A stretch of 64,000 nucleotides of DNA from an uncultured Bacilli bacterium (GCA_947589535.1 CANQAS010000001.1:12101-76100); one strand, 5' to 3'. Numbered from the stretch's first letter, positions 11,028-20,858 are shown. Translations and numbers: made by a program. The notes: generated by a model not told the origin, from the letters alone.

Positions 11028-11056
11028 ATTATAACAGAAGAATCCTTTTATTTCAA
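11028..11056 (-). promoter_or_regulatory. sigma-A type promoter of the S10 operon
   Basis: The minus strand reads TTGAAA (11056-11051), a 17-nt spacer, then TATAAT (11033-11028). A-tract-rich sequence upstream resembles an UP element. Confidence 0.55.
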
Positions 11057-11429
11057 GGGGTTTTGACAAGTTTTTCAACTTTTTTTCTTCTTATAAAATT
11101 TTATTATTTTTTGAATAATATATGTTTGTTTAGCAGTTTTTTTATATTAAAATTAAGAATGTTTATTTTTACACTTTTAAAAAGTTGGAAAGGAAAGCCC
11201 CTAGTGCAATACTAGTTGGATATAAAATAATAATTTTATAATTTTTTTATTTTTAAATATCTATAAAACACAGGCCAAATATTTCCTATATTAATTTTTA
11301 TATCAATATAAAAGGTATATCTTATTATCGTTAAAATAAAGACTTATACAAAAATAGGAAAACAGTTTATAAAAATTAGAAAGATTTTAAAAATAATGTA
11401 AACAAAAAAAGATATCATCTAAGATACCT

Positions 11430-12101
11430 TTAATCTCTTCTTTTTCCAAATAATTGAAGAAGTCTTAAGAAAATATTAATAAAGTCTAAATATAAATCAA
11501 GTGCTCCATATACAGCTACTTTATTTAATTCATCTTCATCATTGGCATAATAATTATATATTTCCTTTAAGTTTTGCATATCATAAGCAGTAAGTCCTAA
11601 AAAGACAACAATTGATATAACAGATATTACTATACCAAAAGTACCATTACCAATAAACATATTTATTAGTGACATAATTATTACTGTAAGAAGTGCAAAG
11701 ATAAGTACTTTACCAAATGATGATAAATTAGTTTTAGTTATGTAACCATAAGCTGCCATAAGTCCAAACATCAAAGCTGATGATAAAAATACCATACCAA
11801 TACTATCTAACCTATACACTAAAAATATAGATGATAACGTAAGACCGCTTATACCAGCATAAACTAAAAATAATATTTTAGCTACTAATGTTGATACTTT
11901 CCTTCTAAGTGCAGAAAATGCTATTACAACCACTAACTCTAATATCAAGAATAAGCTAAAATAATTATAGACTAATTCCCTAACACCAGTGGTTACCGAT
12001 GTGTAATAAGCAATTCCTCCAGATACTAATAAACCTACAAACATCCATAAGTATACTCTGGAAAAGAAGTTAGCCATTTTGTTCTCACTATTAATAATCA
12101 T
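11430..12101 (-). CDS. Bax inhibitor-1/YccA family membrane protein
   Basis: 223 aa with about 7 hydrophobic helices and the family-like layout, including a charged C-terminus (GKRRD). GGAGG SD lies 8 nt upstream, with a TGgTATAAT extended -10 further upstream. Confidence 0.6.
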   Translation of the reverse strand: MIINSENKMANFFSRVYLWMFVGLLVSGGIAYYTSVTTGVRELVYNYFSLFLILELVVVIAFSALRRKVSTLVAKILFLVYAGISGLTLSSIFLVYRLDSIGMVFLSSALMFGLMAAYGYITKTNLSSFGKVLIFALLTVIIMSLINMFIGNGTFGIVISVISIVVFLGLTAYDMQNLKEIYNYYANDEDELNKVAVYGALDLYLDFINIFLRLLQLFGKRRD

Positions 12102-12164
12102 ATATTACCTCCATTCATATTATACCATCTAATAAGAAAAAATATATCAAAAAAACAAAGATTA

Positions 12165-12959
12165 TTAACTTCTTTGTTTTGCATTATTAAATTCTAATCT
12201 CAACTTATCTGAGACGGTAACAATAAATTCACTATTAGTAGGTTTTGCTCTATCATAATCTACACTATGCCCGAATATCTCTTCCATTAAATCAATATCC
12301 CCTCTGTTCCAGCTTACTTCTATTGCATGGCGTATAGCTCTTTCAACACGAGATACCGTAGTATCAAAACGATTTGCTATTTCAGGATATAATTCTTTAG
12401 TTATTGCTCCAACAATATCTGGTTTTTCATACATAAGAATTACTCCTTCTCGAATATATTGATATCCTTTTATATGTGATGGCACTCCTAAACCGTGTAA
12501 TAATTTAGTAACCGATATTTCTAAACTATTATGATATACATTTATCTTTGAGTTTGACTCTGGCTTGTAATTAACAGCATCCATTATCTTATTTTCTAAA
12601 TCTAACATATCAAATGGTTTTAATACAAAATGTTTTGGACCATATTTAGATACCCTAGCTATTGTTTCATCCGCATTAAATGATGTCCCAATGATAATAG
12701 GTTTATTTATTTCCTTTTTCTTTAGTTCTTCTAATACATAAATCCCATCTTTCTTAGGCATGATCAAATCTAGTAAAATTACATCAAATTGATCTATCTT
12801 ACTTTCTATTAATTCAACAGCATCTAATCCATTATGGGCTTCTAGAACAACCTTTATCTTCTTATGTTCGCTAAAATATTCTTTCACCATATCAATTAAA
12901 CTTTCATTATCATCTACTACTAAAATTCTTACCATATCTTTTTCTTCTTTATCTTTCAT
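12165..12959 (-). CDS. spo0A: sporulation master regulator Spo0A
   Basis: N-terminal receiver domain (ILVVDDN...VILLDLIMPKKDG). The C-terminal domain carries Spo0A-specific sequences SHIKGYQYIREGV and TVSRVERAIRHAIEVSW. Confidence 0.9.
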   Translation of the reverse strand: MKDKEEKDMVRILVVDDNESLIDMVKEYFSEHKKIKVVLEAHNGLDAVELIESKIDQFDVILLDLIMPKKDGIYVLEELKKKEINKPIIIGTSFNADETIARVSKYGPKHFVLKPFDMLDLENKIMDAVNYKPESNSKINVYHNSLEISVTKLLHGLGVPSHIKGYQYIREGVILMYEKPDIVGAITKELYPEIANRFDTTVSRVERAIRHAIEVSWNRGDIDLMEEIFGHSVDYDRAKPTNSEFIVTVSDKLRLEFNNAKQRS

Positions 12960-13078
12960 ATTTCCTCCTTGTTAACTAATATGTATTATATTTCACTATT
13001 TTCAATAAAATTATCAAACTTTGTCGAATAAAAAAAGAATGTATTTTACTACATCCTTTAAATATATTTTTAATACTT

Positions 13079-13606
13079 CTATGCTGCTCTAGAAGCGTCC
13101 GCTTTGCCATTACTTTTAAAGTGATTGCCGTCTCTTAACACTTTAGAAGTGCCTTTTGATTCTCCATCAGTAAAGCCATCGTCTTGAGGATCCAATAGCT
13201 TTATTTCACTAGCTATTGCATCATTAGTCTTTTTTTCTAAAGAACTAACTAAATTAGGTTCATTTTCCTTTAATATACTACTTGGAGTAGACATATTTGG
13301 TAAATTATTTTTTACTGAAAGATATTCATCAAATATTTCATCAAGCCTTCTAGAAACTTCAAAATTATTGAATTCTGCCTTAGCATCACTTACCATAGCA
13401 CTAAAATCTTTTCTTGAAATAGTGTCAGAAATTTCTCTTTTTTCGGATAGTTTTTTATTAATCCCCTTTAATGCCAAAATAGTAGAATGTATGACAAATG
13501 CACGTGTGTTTTCTAAATTAGCATTTTGCTTAATATCGGCAGATTTAATAGGATTAGGCATATCATATAATTTTATACCTGAATTAGAAAAACCATTTTC
13601 TATCAT
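13079..13606 (-). CDS. hypothetical protein (175 aa from the SD-supported ATG)
   Basis: Long ORF in the same orientation as its neighbours. AAAGGGG SD lies 9 nt before the ATG at 13606. I recognise no motif. Confidence 0.5.
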   Translation of the reverse strand: MIENGFSNSGIKLYDMPNPIKSADIKQNANLENTRAFVIHSTILALKGINKKLSEKREISDTISRKDFSAMVSDAKAEFNNFEVSRRLDEIFDEYLSVKNNLPNMSTPSSILKENEPNLVSSLEKKTNDAIASEIKLLDPQDDGFTDGESKGTSKVLRDGNHFKSNGKADASRAA

Positions 13607-13659
13607 TACAAGCATCCCCTTTCTACTATTACAATTTTAGAATAACATAATATTAGCAC

Positions 13660-13692
13660 ATAAGAAAAGAAGAAAATGTCTAATTTTCTTCT
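13660..13692 (-). terminator. rho-independent terminator after tpiA
   Basis: 10-bp stem AGAAGAAAAT / ATTTTCTTCT with a 5-nt loop, followed on the minus strand by TTTCTTAT. Confidence 0.6.
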
Positions 13693-13700
13693 ACTTTACA

Positions 13701-14408
13701 CTATTTTATACATTTTACAATGTTATTAAGCTCACTAGCACTGGTACATGATGCTCCAACAAGGTATCCGTCTATTTCATCACTTAATATATCTTTTATA
13801 TTCTCACTCTTAACACTACCACCATATAAAATCTTGTAATTAGATATTTTCATATCATCTAAAACCTTTTTTATATATTTAAAGGTATCTTCTATTTCTT
13901 CTTTAGCAAGTGGGTTTGAAGATCCTATCTTATAAATAGGTTCATATGCTATTAACACAGGATAGCCATCTGACAAATCTACGCCAGATAAAGCTGTTGT
14001 TATCTGTTTCTTTAAAACACTACTAGTTTTTAACAATTCTCTATCTATCTTAGATTCTCCTATACAAATAATTGGTATGATGGAATTTCTAACACACGCT
14101 TTTACTTTTAAATTAATAATTTCATTTGTATCATACTTTCTTCTTTCGTAATGACCTAGTATAACATATTTTATTCCTCTTAGGTATAAATCATAAGGTG
14201 ATATTTCTCCAGTATATGCACCCTTATCTTCGTAAAAGCAGTTTTGTGCACCTAAATCATAATCACTAAAAAATTCGAAATTTAAATAGTTAGGACAAAC
14301 TATCAATTCTACATTTGAAAAATCAATTGTATTATAATCGTAAGATAAATTTATCGCTTCATCTTTTGTTAAATACATTTTTTGATTACATATTAATATT
14401 TTTTTCAT
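13701..14408 (-). CDS. tpiA: triose-phosphate isomerase (divergent)
   Basis: TIM layout with the catalytic Lys (CNQKMY), His (GHYERR) and Glu (AYEPIYKIGSS) contexts, plus YGGSV. The start is trimmed to the ATG at 14408, after AAAGGTGG. Confidence 0.75.
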   Translation of the reverse strand: MKKILICNQKMYLTKDEAINLSYDYNTIDFSNVELIVCPNYLNFEFFSDYDLGAQNCFYEDKGAYTGEISPYDLYLRGIKYVILGHYERRKYDTNEIINLKVKACVRNSIIPIICIGESKIDRELLKTSSVLKKQITTALSGVDLSDGYPVLIAYEPIYKIGSSNPLAKEEIEDTFKYIKKVLDDMKISNYKILYGGSVKSENIKDILSDEIDGYLVGASCTSASELNNIVKCIK

Positions 14409-15633
14409 CTTTACCACCTTTTTTTAATACTACTTTTACTTTATGAACAGCTTTTTTAAATATATTAGTATCCTTGTTTACTACTTTTTCATATATTTTA
14501 TACACACTTTTAGCATATACTAAAGGGCTATATTTTGCAGCTGTTTTAACTCCTGCTTCAGATAATCTTTTTCTAAGATTTTTATCTTTATATAACTTAA
14601 TTAATTGTTCTAAATATTCTTTTTCATTTTCAAAGAAAAGACCTTCCTTGTCATTAGTCATTACGTCTTCAAAGCTTTCATCTTTTATAGCTATAACTGG
14701 TTTTGCAGCACCCATCGCTTCTATAAGAGTTAACCCTTGAGTTTCAGTAGTAGATGATGTTGCAAAAACATCACATAAAGAATAATACTTTGGAACTTCT
14801 TCCCAAGGAACTCTACCAGCAAATATAACATTCTTATCTAATTTATTCTTATGAGCAAGTTCAATTAAATCCTTAATATCTGGCCCATCACCAACAATTA
14901 ACAGTTTTGCTTTAGGGATGTTTTTTACTACTTTCTTAAAGGCATTAATCTGAAAGTCTATGTTTTTTTCCTTAGCGATTCTTCCGACGTAAAGAATTAT
15001 AAAATCACTACGTTTAATCCCTAAATCTTTCTTAATTTGCTCTTTTTCCTTTATATTTATATTATTAGGATGAAACCTACTTGTATCTATTCCTGATGGA
15101 ATAATATGAACATCTCTTTTTACTTTATATTTTTCCTTAAATAATTCCTTAGCTTTTTTAGTAGGTACAATAAGTTCATCTATTGTTTTATCACACAAAA
15201 ACAAGGTCAAATATTCAACAAGTTTTTTAGAAGCACTATTAAAGTATCCTTTAGTTATATAATGAACATACTCTTCATACATAGTATGATAAGTATGAAC
15301 GAGAGGTATATTAAATTGTTTTGATAATAATCTAGCAAAAGAACCAATTCCAAATTCAGTATGGGTATGAATAATATCTAAATTCCATTTTTTTATTGTT
15401 TTTATTGCTCTAATAGGATATATACTAGTTAACCTATAATCGCATATCCCTATCGGAACACCTGGAATTCTTAAAACATGATCTTCTTTTTTATACGAAA
15501 AAGACTCATTATTAACCGTTACAACATAAACCTCATGTCCCATTTTTTCCAAACCTTTTTTTAACATCAAAACACTAGTTGATACACCATTTATAAACGG
15601 TGGATAAGTATCTGTAAATAACCCTATTCTCAT
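14386..15633 (-). CDS. GT4 glycosyltransferase, likely diacylglycerol glucosyltransferase (alMGS/CpoA type)
   Basis: The MRIGLFTDTYPPFINGVSTS N-terminus is characteristic of glycolipid GT4 enzymes. The C-terminal GT-B motif is TETQGLTLIEAMGAAKPVIA. Confidence 0.7.
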   Translation of the reverse strand: MRIGLFTDTYPPFINGVSTSVLMLKKGLEKMGHEVYVVTVNNESFSYKKEDHVLRIPGVPIGICDYRLTSIYPIRAIKTIKKWNLDIIHTHTEFGIGSFARLLSKQFNIPLVHTYHTMYEEYVHYITKGYFNSASKKLVEYLTLFLCDKTIDELIVPTKKAKELFKEKYKVKRDVHIIPSGIDTSRFHPNNINIKEKEQIKKDLGIKRSDFIILYVGRIAKEKNIDFQINAFKKVVKNIPKAKLLIVGDGPDIKDLIELAHKNKLDKNVIFAGRVPWEEVPKYYSLCDVFATSSTTETQGLTLIEAMGAAKPVIAIKDESFEDVMTNDKEGLFFENEKEYLEQLIKLYKDKNLRKRLSEAGVKTAAKYSPLVYAKSVYKIYEKVVNKDTNIFKKAVHKVKVVLKKGGKDEKNINM

Positions 15634-16616
15634 TTTTTATCTCTCCCTTTCTTTATTAGCAAAGTAATAAAACCAATTATCAAGCATGAAATATATGTAA
15701 CAAATCTCCACATAATCATAGCACCAGATAAAACTCTTCCAAGTATTATAATTCCAAATAATTGCATGAATCCATATTCAATTCCACCTATTCCACCTGG
15801 TAGTGGCACAAAATTTCCTATAAGCATTACAAGGGTTGTAATTGTTATTGAATCTATAATAGAAATATCTATATTAAAAGATTTAAAAATAAAACATGGA
15901 ATTGAATAAAGTATTATCAAGTAAATTAGGTTTAAAGTGATGCACTTTATAAAAAGTAACTTATTATTTTTAAGTTCCGACCCACTGGAATAAAAATTAG
16001 CTAGTGAACAATTTAATTTTTGTAATCTCTCATTTTTTTGTTTAAAAAAATTACATTTCATAAATTTATTAACCAATTTAGTAACTGGTTTCTTTCCAAA
16101 ACTAAAGAATAATAAAAATACTAATATGATTATATTTATTAATAAACCTCCTATTATTAAAAACCTAGTATGAAAGTTTACCGCCAATATTTTTTTTACG
16201 CTTATGATAACTGATAAAATTGCTAATAATAATAAAGCTATTTGATATGATATAAAATCTTTAAGAATAGAATTTGCTGAATCTGTTATACGAATACCAT
16301 CTTTTTTTAATAAATAAATTTCATACGGCTGCCCTCCCGTTTGAAATGGAGTTATACCATTGATAAATTGAACAATAATAGTTAAGCAAAAAGTCTTTGA
16401 TAATTTATATTTATGTTTAACCTGTAAAAATTTATTAACTGAGATGGACTTTATAAAAATTGCTAAAAAAAACAAAATGATTGCAAGTATAATTATAAAG
16501 ATATTAACTTTTTTTAATTCATGCATAACACCATTAAAATCATCTTTCAATGTAAAAAACATAACTATTGAAAGTGATGTAAACATAATTATTAAATTTA
16601 CTACCTTTTTTTTCAT
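15630..16616 (-). CDS. flippase-like membrane protein (UPF0104 / lysyl-PG synthase TM-region family)
   Basis: 328-aa polytopic protein with a PLPGGIGGIEYGF motif typical of this family. Its stop overlaps the GT4 start by 4 nt. Confidence 0.6.
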   Translation of the reverse strand: MKKKVVNLIIMFTSLSIVMFFTLKDDFNGVMHELKKVNIFIIILAIILFFLAIFIKSISVNKFLQVKHKYKLSKTFCLTIIVQFINGITPFQTGGQPYEIYLLKKDGIRITDSANSILKDFISYQIALLLLAILSVIISVKKILAVNFHTRFLIIGGLLINIIILVFLLFFSFGKKPVTKLVNKFMKCNFFKQKNERLQKLNCSLANFYSSGSELKNNKLLFIKCITLNLIYLIILYSIPCFIFKSFNIDISIIDSITITTLVMLIGNFVPLPGGIGGIEYGFMQLFGIIILGRVLSGAMIMWRFVTYISCLIIGFITLLIKKGRDKK

Positions 16617-16624
16617 AATAACCT

Positions 16625-17809
16625 CTATTTATTATCTATGAATTTTATACCAGGTAATTCTTTACCTTCAATAAATTCAAGTGATGCTCCGCCACCCGTT
16701 GATATATGGTCAAAATCGTCTTTATACCCCAAACTTATAACAGCGGCCGCAGAATCACCTCCACCTACTACAACTTTAGCATTAATATTTTTTAGAATTT
16801 CACATAGTGTTTTTGTACCATATTCAAAGTTTTTAAAATAATTTACACCAATTGGACCATTCCAAAAAACAGTATTACAATTAACTAAATACTTTTTATA
16901 CAATTCCAACGTCTTTGGACCTAAGTCTAACATCATTACTCCATCTTTGATATTATTAACATCTGAATAGTAAACTTCTAAACCATCTTTATACTCTTTT
17001 GAGCCATATCCATCTAATGGTAAGATTATTTTATTTTTATATCTGGACATTAGCATTTTTGCATGTTCTACACTTTCTTCATCGTATACTGAAGCTTTAA
17101 CATCTATTTTTTCTGCTACTAAAAAAGTATTTGCAATTCCTCCTCCTAAAAGAATGTAATCAGCTTTTTCTATTAACTTATCCATAACTTTAATCTTATC
17201 TTTCATTTTAGCGCCACCCATTATAGCGACATAAGGGCTTTTTGGGTTATCTAATAAATTTCCTAACATATCTAATTCTTTCGAAACTAAAAATCCAATA
17301 CCAGATGGTATGTTACTTGAAATACCTACGTTTGAGGCATGAGCCCTATGGGCTGTTCCAAAAGCATCATTAATAAATATATCTCCTAAACTAGCCCAAT
17401 ATTTTCCTAACTCCATATCATTAGAACTTTCCTTGTTATCTGGATAATCTTCATATCTTGTGTTTTGAACTAATATTATGTCGCCAAGATTCATATTATT
17501 AATAGCATTTTCGAGAACTAATCCACGTGTTTCATTAATAAATATAACCTCTTTACCTAAAAGAAGTGATAATCTATCTGCAACTGGTTTTAAAGTATTA
17601 TTTTTTTTATCTTCTTCTGATTTTATTCTTCCTAGATGAGAAAGTAAAATAATTTTCGCATTGTTATCTAATGCATATTTAATCGTAGCTAAGCTTTCTT
17701 TTATTCTGTTATCATCTAAAATAATTCCATTTTCAATAGGAACATTAAAATCACATCTAATTATTACTTTTTTACCCTCTAAATCAAAATCCGTTATTAC
17801 TTTCTTCAT
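16625..17809 (-). CDS. pgk: phosphoglycerate kinase
   Basis: RCDFNVP, SHLGR and GGGDSAAAV motifs. The start is trimmed to the ATG at 17809, after ATGGAGG. Confidence 0.96.
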   Translation of the reverse strand: MKKVITDFDLEGKKVIIRCDFNVPIENGIILDDNRIKESLATIKYALDNNAKIILLSHLGRIKSEEDKKNNTLKPVADRLSLLLGKEVIFINETRGLVLENAINNMNLGDIILVQNTRYEDYPDNKESSNDMELGKYWASLGDIFINDAFGTAHRAHASNVGISSNIPSGIGFLVSKELDMLGNLLDNPKSPYVAIMGGAKMKDKIKVMDKLIEKADYILLGGGIANTFLVAEKIDVKASVYDEESVEHAKMLMSRYKNKIILPLDGYGSKEYKDGLEVYYSDVNNIKDGVMMLDLGPKTLELYKKYLVNCNTVFWNGPIGVNYFKNFEYGTKTLCEILKNINAKVVVGGGDSAAAVISLGYKDDFDHISTGGGASLEFIEGKELPGIKFIDNK

Positions 17810-17892
17810 AAGAGCCTCCATTTTAATTATAACATGTAACAATAAAAAATAGGAATTAAATTTATATTATAAAAATATTATTTAACACTAAT

Positions 17893-17919
17893 AAAACCCT
17901 AGTATAAATCTAGGGTTTT
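17893..17919 (-). terminator. rho-independent terminator after the 925-aa gene
   Basis: 10-bp stem AAAACCCTAG / CTAGGGTTTT with a 7-nt loop, immediately after the stop at 17926. Confidence 0.6.
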
Positions 17920-17925
17920 ATCCTA

Positions 17926-20703
17926 TTAGCCAACTGGTTCATCGGAAATAGTTACTTTTTTATCTATTAGTTTTCCTTTTTCATTATAATATAATTCTAA
18001 GGTAAATTTGCAAGGATCAGTTGGGGCCTCAGCAATTGCGACTATTTTGTCATTTTTATTATGTACATAATACCAATTTGTACGATATACATTTGGATTT
18101 ATTTCTTTTACCTTTCCAAATACATAATCTACATGATTTAAATTAACTAAATCATTATAATATTTTATCTTCGTACCTGGATTATTCCTTAAGTATTTAT
18201 CTAAATCTGTTTTAGGAGTTGTATTTAATAATGTATCTATGATAGAGTATAAATATTCATTTTCTTTCCAATCTCCAATGTTTTTTGCCATATATAAATC
18301 TATTAACTCATCTACCATATGATATAAAAGATATGCTTTTTCTGTATTATCTTCTACTTTTTCATAATCAATTTTGTTTAAATCTGATAAAGCGTTAATC
18401 AAAGAATACGCCTTTTCATAATTATAATCAACCTTTTCTTTTAACATTTTATATAGAACATTTACTTTTGATGGTGAATATTGTAGCTCTACAAAATCAT
18501 CTTCTAATATATATTGTAATAAAATATATGCACGCATGTCTGTTTCATATGTCTTATAAGGTTCATTTTTATAAACAACAGTAGTAAAATATTCAGCACC
18601 AGCTTCCTCAAGAAGTCTATTATCATTATCAAAATACTCTACCTCACAAGATGATTGTTCCTTAATATCCATATCAATCACTTCATTATAGTTTTTTATT
18701 TTTCCCTTGCAATCATAAATATTAATATTTTCACCGGTTTTAGCAGAATATGATAGCATATGCATCATTTCATGTTCTATTGCATAATCATAATGATCAT
18801 TTAATATGTATATACTTGTTGTATCATCAGAATAATTACCAACGCCCCAGGGGATTATTTCGCTTGGCCTTTTATCAAATGCTTTAACCTCTAGCTTATC
18901 TATTTTATTTAGTAGTTTTTCTATTTTATTATATTTATTAAAATCTACTATAGCTTCAAACATACCTAACAGATGCTTTCTATCACTATTGGATAGTTTA
19001 TTATTGTTTGTTACATGATAAGCTACTTTTTTAAATAATTCCTCATTTTTATTAATTAATTCTTTTTTTAATTGTAAATTATATTTACTAATTATCTCAT
19101 CAGTTTTAATTACACTATAATCGGCCGTACCTTTTTCTTTTTCTTCATTAATGTTATTATCTTTTTTTAAAAAATCTTTATATTCTTTTAAATTTCCATA
19201 TTTGATTGATTTAGAATATGTTTTTCCATTATATTCCAAAATAATTATCGAATTCGTAATGGTTATCTTATCATATTTTTCATCTAATATCTTATTACCA
19301 TTTTTATCATACAATCCATATTTATTATTTGAATTTGTTACTATAATAAAATTATCTAGATTATATAAGACGTTAGAATATACCCCATCAATTATTTTAC
19401 CACTTTCATTATAAACATAGTTTACTTCATGCGTAGAAGAACAATTATATAAATCTTTATCTAAATGACTTAAATATTTACATTCTTTTATTTTTCTATT
19501 TCCTTTTTCATCTAAAACATAATAAGAATTTTCACTAGAATAATCAAAATCTCCGTACAAATTTGGATATATTCCTTCCATTTCAGAACCTTGCTTTTCA
19601 AATATTTTTTTGCCGTTATTGTATACGGTAAAAACATTTTTAGAATCTTTAACTATTATGCTGTTGTTATTTCTTACTATTTGATTACAACCATCTTTTG
19701 TTTTTTTATTGCCTTTGCTATCATATAAATCCCCATATGACATAAGCCAATCTTCAGAAGCACATTTGGTATTTGGAACTAACAATAACCCTTTTCCAAC
19801 TATATCATAATTATCATATTTATTATTAAATTGGGTTATGATTTTTTCATTCTCGTCTTTTAAAATAACTTTATTATTATCAGTTACAGCAACATAATTA
19901 TCGTTAATTGTTGCATAAGGATATTGTTTAGAAAATTTTTTGCTCTTAACAAAATATATTTTTCTTCCTTCTCCTGCTTTCATCAATATAAAATTATCAT
20001 TTAAATAATATCTTGTATCACCTTCAATATAATTTTCTATCAAATCAACATCTTTTAGTATTAATTCTAATTTTTCATTATAAACATCTTCTTTTTCCCC
20101 CACTGATGCTATAAAATAGTTATCTTGACAAATAATACTATCATAATTTTCTAATAAAATTTTACCATTTTTATCTATTAGTAAATCTTTATCATTTTTT
20201 CTTATAACAAAATGATCACTTGCGCAAGAATAATCACTAGCAGTGGCGTCTTTGATAACAACATTTAAATCTTTATCAAAAAAAACATCTTCATTCTCAT
20301 TAAAGGCTGTAATTAAATTCCCATATTTATTAAAACCATAGTAATTATAGTCAGTCTTTAAATTTCCTTGTGAATCCATAAGAGCGTAATTATTATTGTC
20401 ATTACTTACTACATAATATCCATTAATGTAATCACTAATTTTAACATCATTATGATCAATTGTTTCAGTTAGAATCGGATATTTATCATCTTCTTCTTTA
20501 ACTAAGATTTTAACATTATCTTTTAAAATAAATTTAAACAATACAATCAAAATAATTATAATAATCAATAAAACTATTGAAATTATTAAAATATTCTTTT
20601 TAGTGAAGAATCTTTTTTTCCTGGAATCATTCAAAACTTTTTCTTCCAATTTTACAGTCTCATTTAAATTTTTATTAACTTTTTCTTTTCTTTTAAAAAA
20701 CAT
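17926..20703 (-). CDS. membrane-anchored protein with WG-type beta-repeats and a C-terminal HExxH (zincin-like) domain
   Basis: One N-terminal TM helix (ILIISIVLLIIIIILIVLF). Many repeats of the KYGLYDKNGNKILDEKYDKI type. HEMMH motif in AIEHEMMHMLSY. Confidence 0.6.
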   Translation of the reverse strand: MFFKRKEKVNKNLNETVKLEEKVLNDSRKKRFFTKKNILIISIVLLIIIIILIVLFKFILKDNVKILVKEEDDKYPILTETIDHNDVKISDYINGYYVVSNDNNNYALMDSQGNLKTDYNYYGFNKYGNLITAFNENEDVFFDKDLNVVIKDATASDYSCASDHFVIRKNDKDLLIDKNGKILLENYDSIICQDNYFIASVGEKEDVYNEKLELILKDVDLIENYIEGDTRYYLNDNFILMKAGEGRKIYFVKSKKFSKQYPYATINDNYVAVTDNNKVILKDENEKIITQFNNKYDNYDIVGKGLLLVPNTKCASEDWLMSYGDLYDSKGNKKTKDGCNQIVRNNNSIIVKDSKNVFTVYNNGKKIFEKQGSEMEGIYPNLYGDFDYSSENSYYVLDEKGNRKIKECKYLSHLDKDLYNCSSTHEVNYVYNESGKIIDGVYSNVLYNLDNFIIVTNSNNKYGLYDKNGNKILDEKYDKITITNSIIILEYNGKTYSKSIKYGNLKEYKDFLKKDNNINEEKEKGTADYSVIKTDEIISKYNLQLKKELINKNEELFKKVAYHVTNNNKLSNSDRKHLLGMFEAIVDFNKYNKIEKLLNKIDKLEVKAFDKRPSEIIPWGVGNYSDDTTSIYILNDHYDYAIEHEMMHMLSYSAKTGENINIYDCKGKIKNYNEVIDMDIKEQSSCEVEYFDNDNRLLEEAGAEYFTTVVYKNEPYKTYETDMRAYILLQYILEDDFVELQYSPSKVNVLYKMLKEKVDYNYEKAYSLINALSDLNKIDYEKVEDNTEKAYLLYHMVDELIDLYMAKNIGDWKENEYLYSIIDTLLNTTPKTDLDKYLRNNPGTKIKYYNDLVNLNHVDYVFGKVKEINPNVYRTNWYYVHNKNDKIVAIAEAPTDPCKFTLELYYNEKGKLIDKKVTISDEPVG

Positions 20704-20829
20704 ACTACACGCTCCTACTATTTTTTATTTATCATATCTTTATTATAAAGTGTATCGTATACATTAATAATATCATAATACTACCTCTAGTTGTCAATAA
20801 AATATACTGTGGAAAACAAAAGTTTTACA

Positions 20830-20858
20830 TAAAAAAAATAGGAAATACATTTCCTATT
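20830..20858 (-). terminator. rho-independent terminator after the 431-aa gene
   Basis: Stem ATAGGAAA / TTTCCTAT with loop TACA, followed on the minus strand by T8. It overlaps the TAG stop. Confidence 0.65.

Noticed and set aside
13021-13027. TGTCGAA Spo0A box upstream of spo0A, considered as an annotated regulatory feature.
   Set aside because: The location is biologically plausible, but the 7-mer also occurs at 3535-3541 and 24570-24576 inside coding regions. Several copies are expected by chance at this composition. I kept it only as a remark in a finding.
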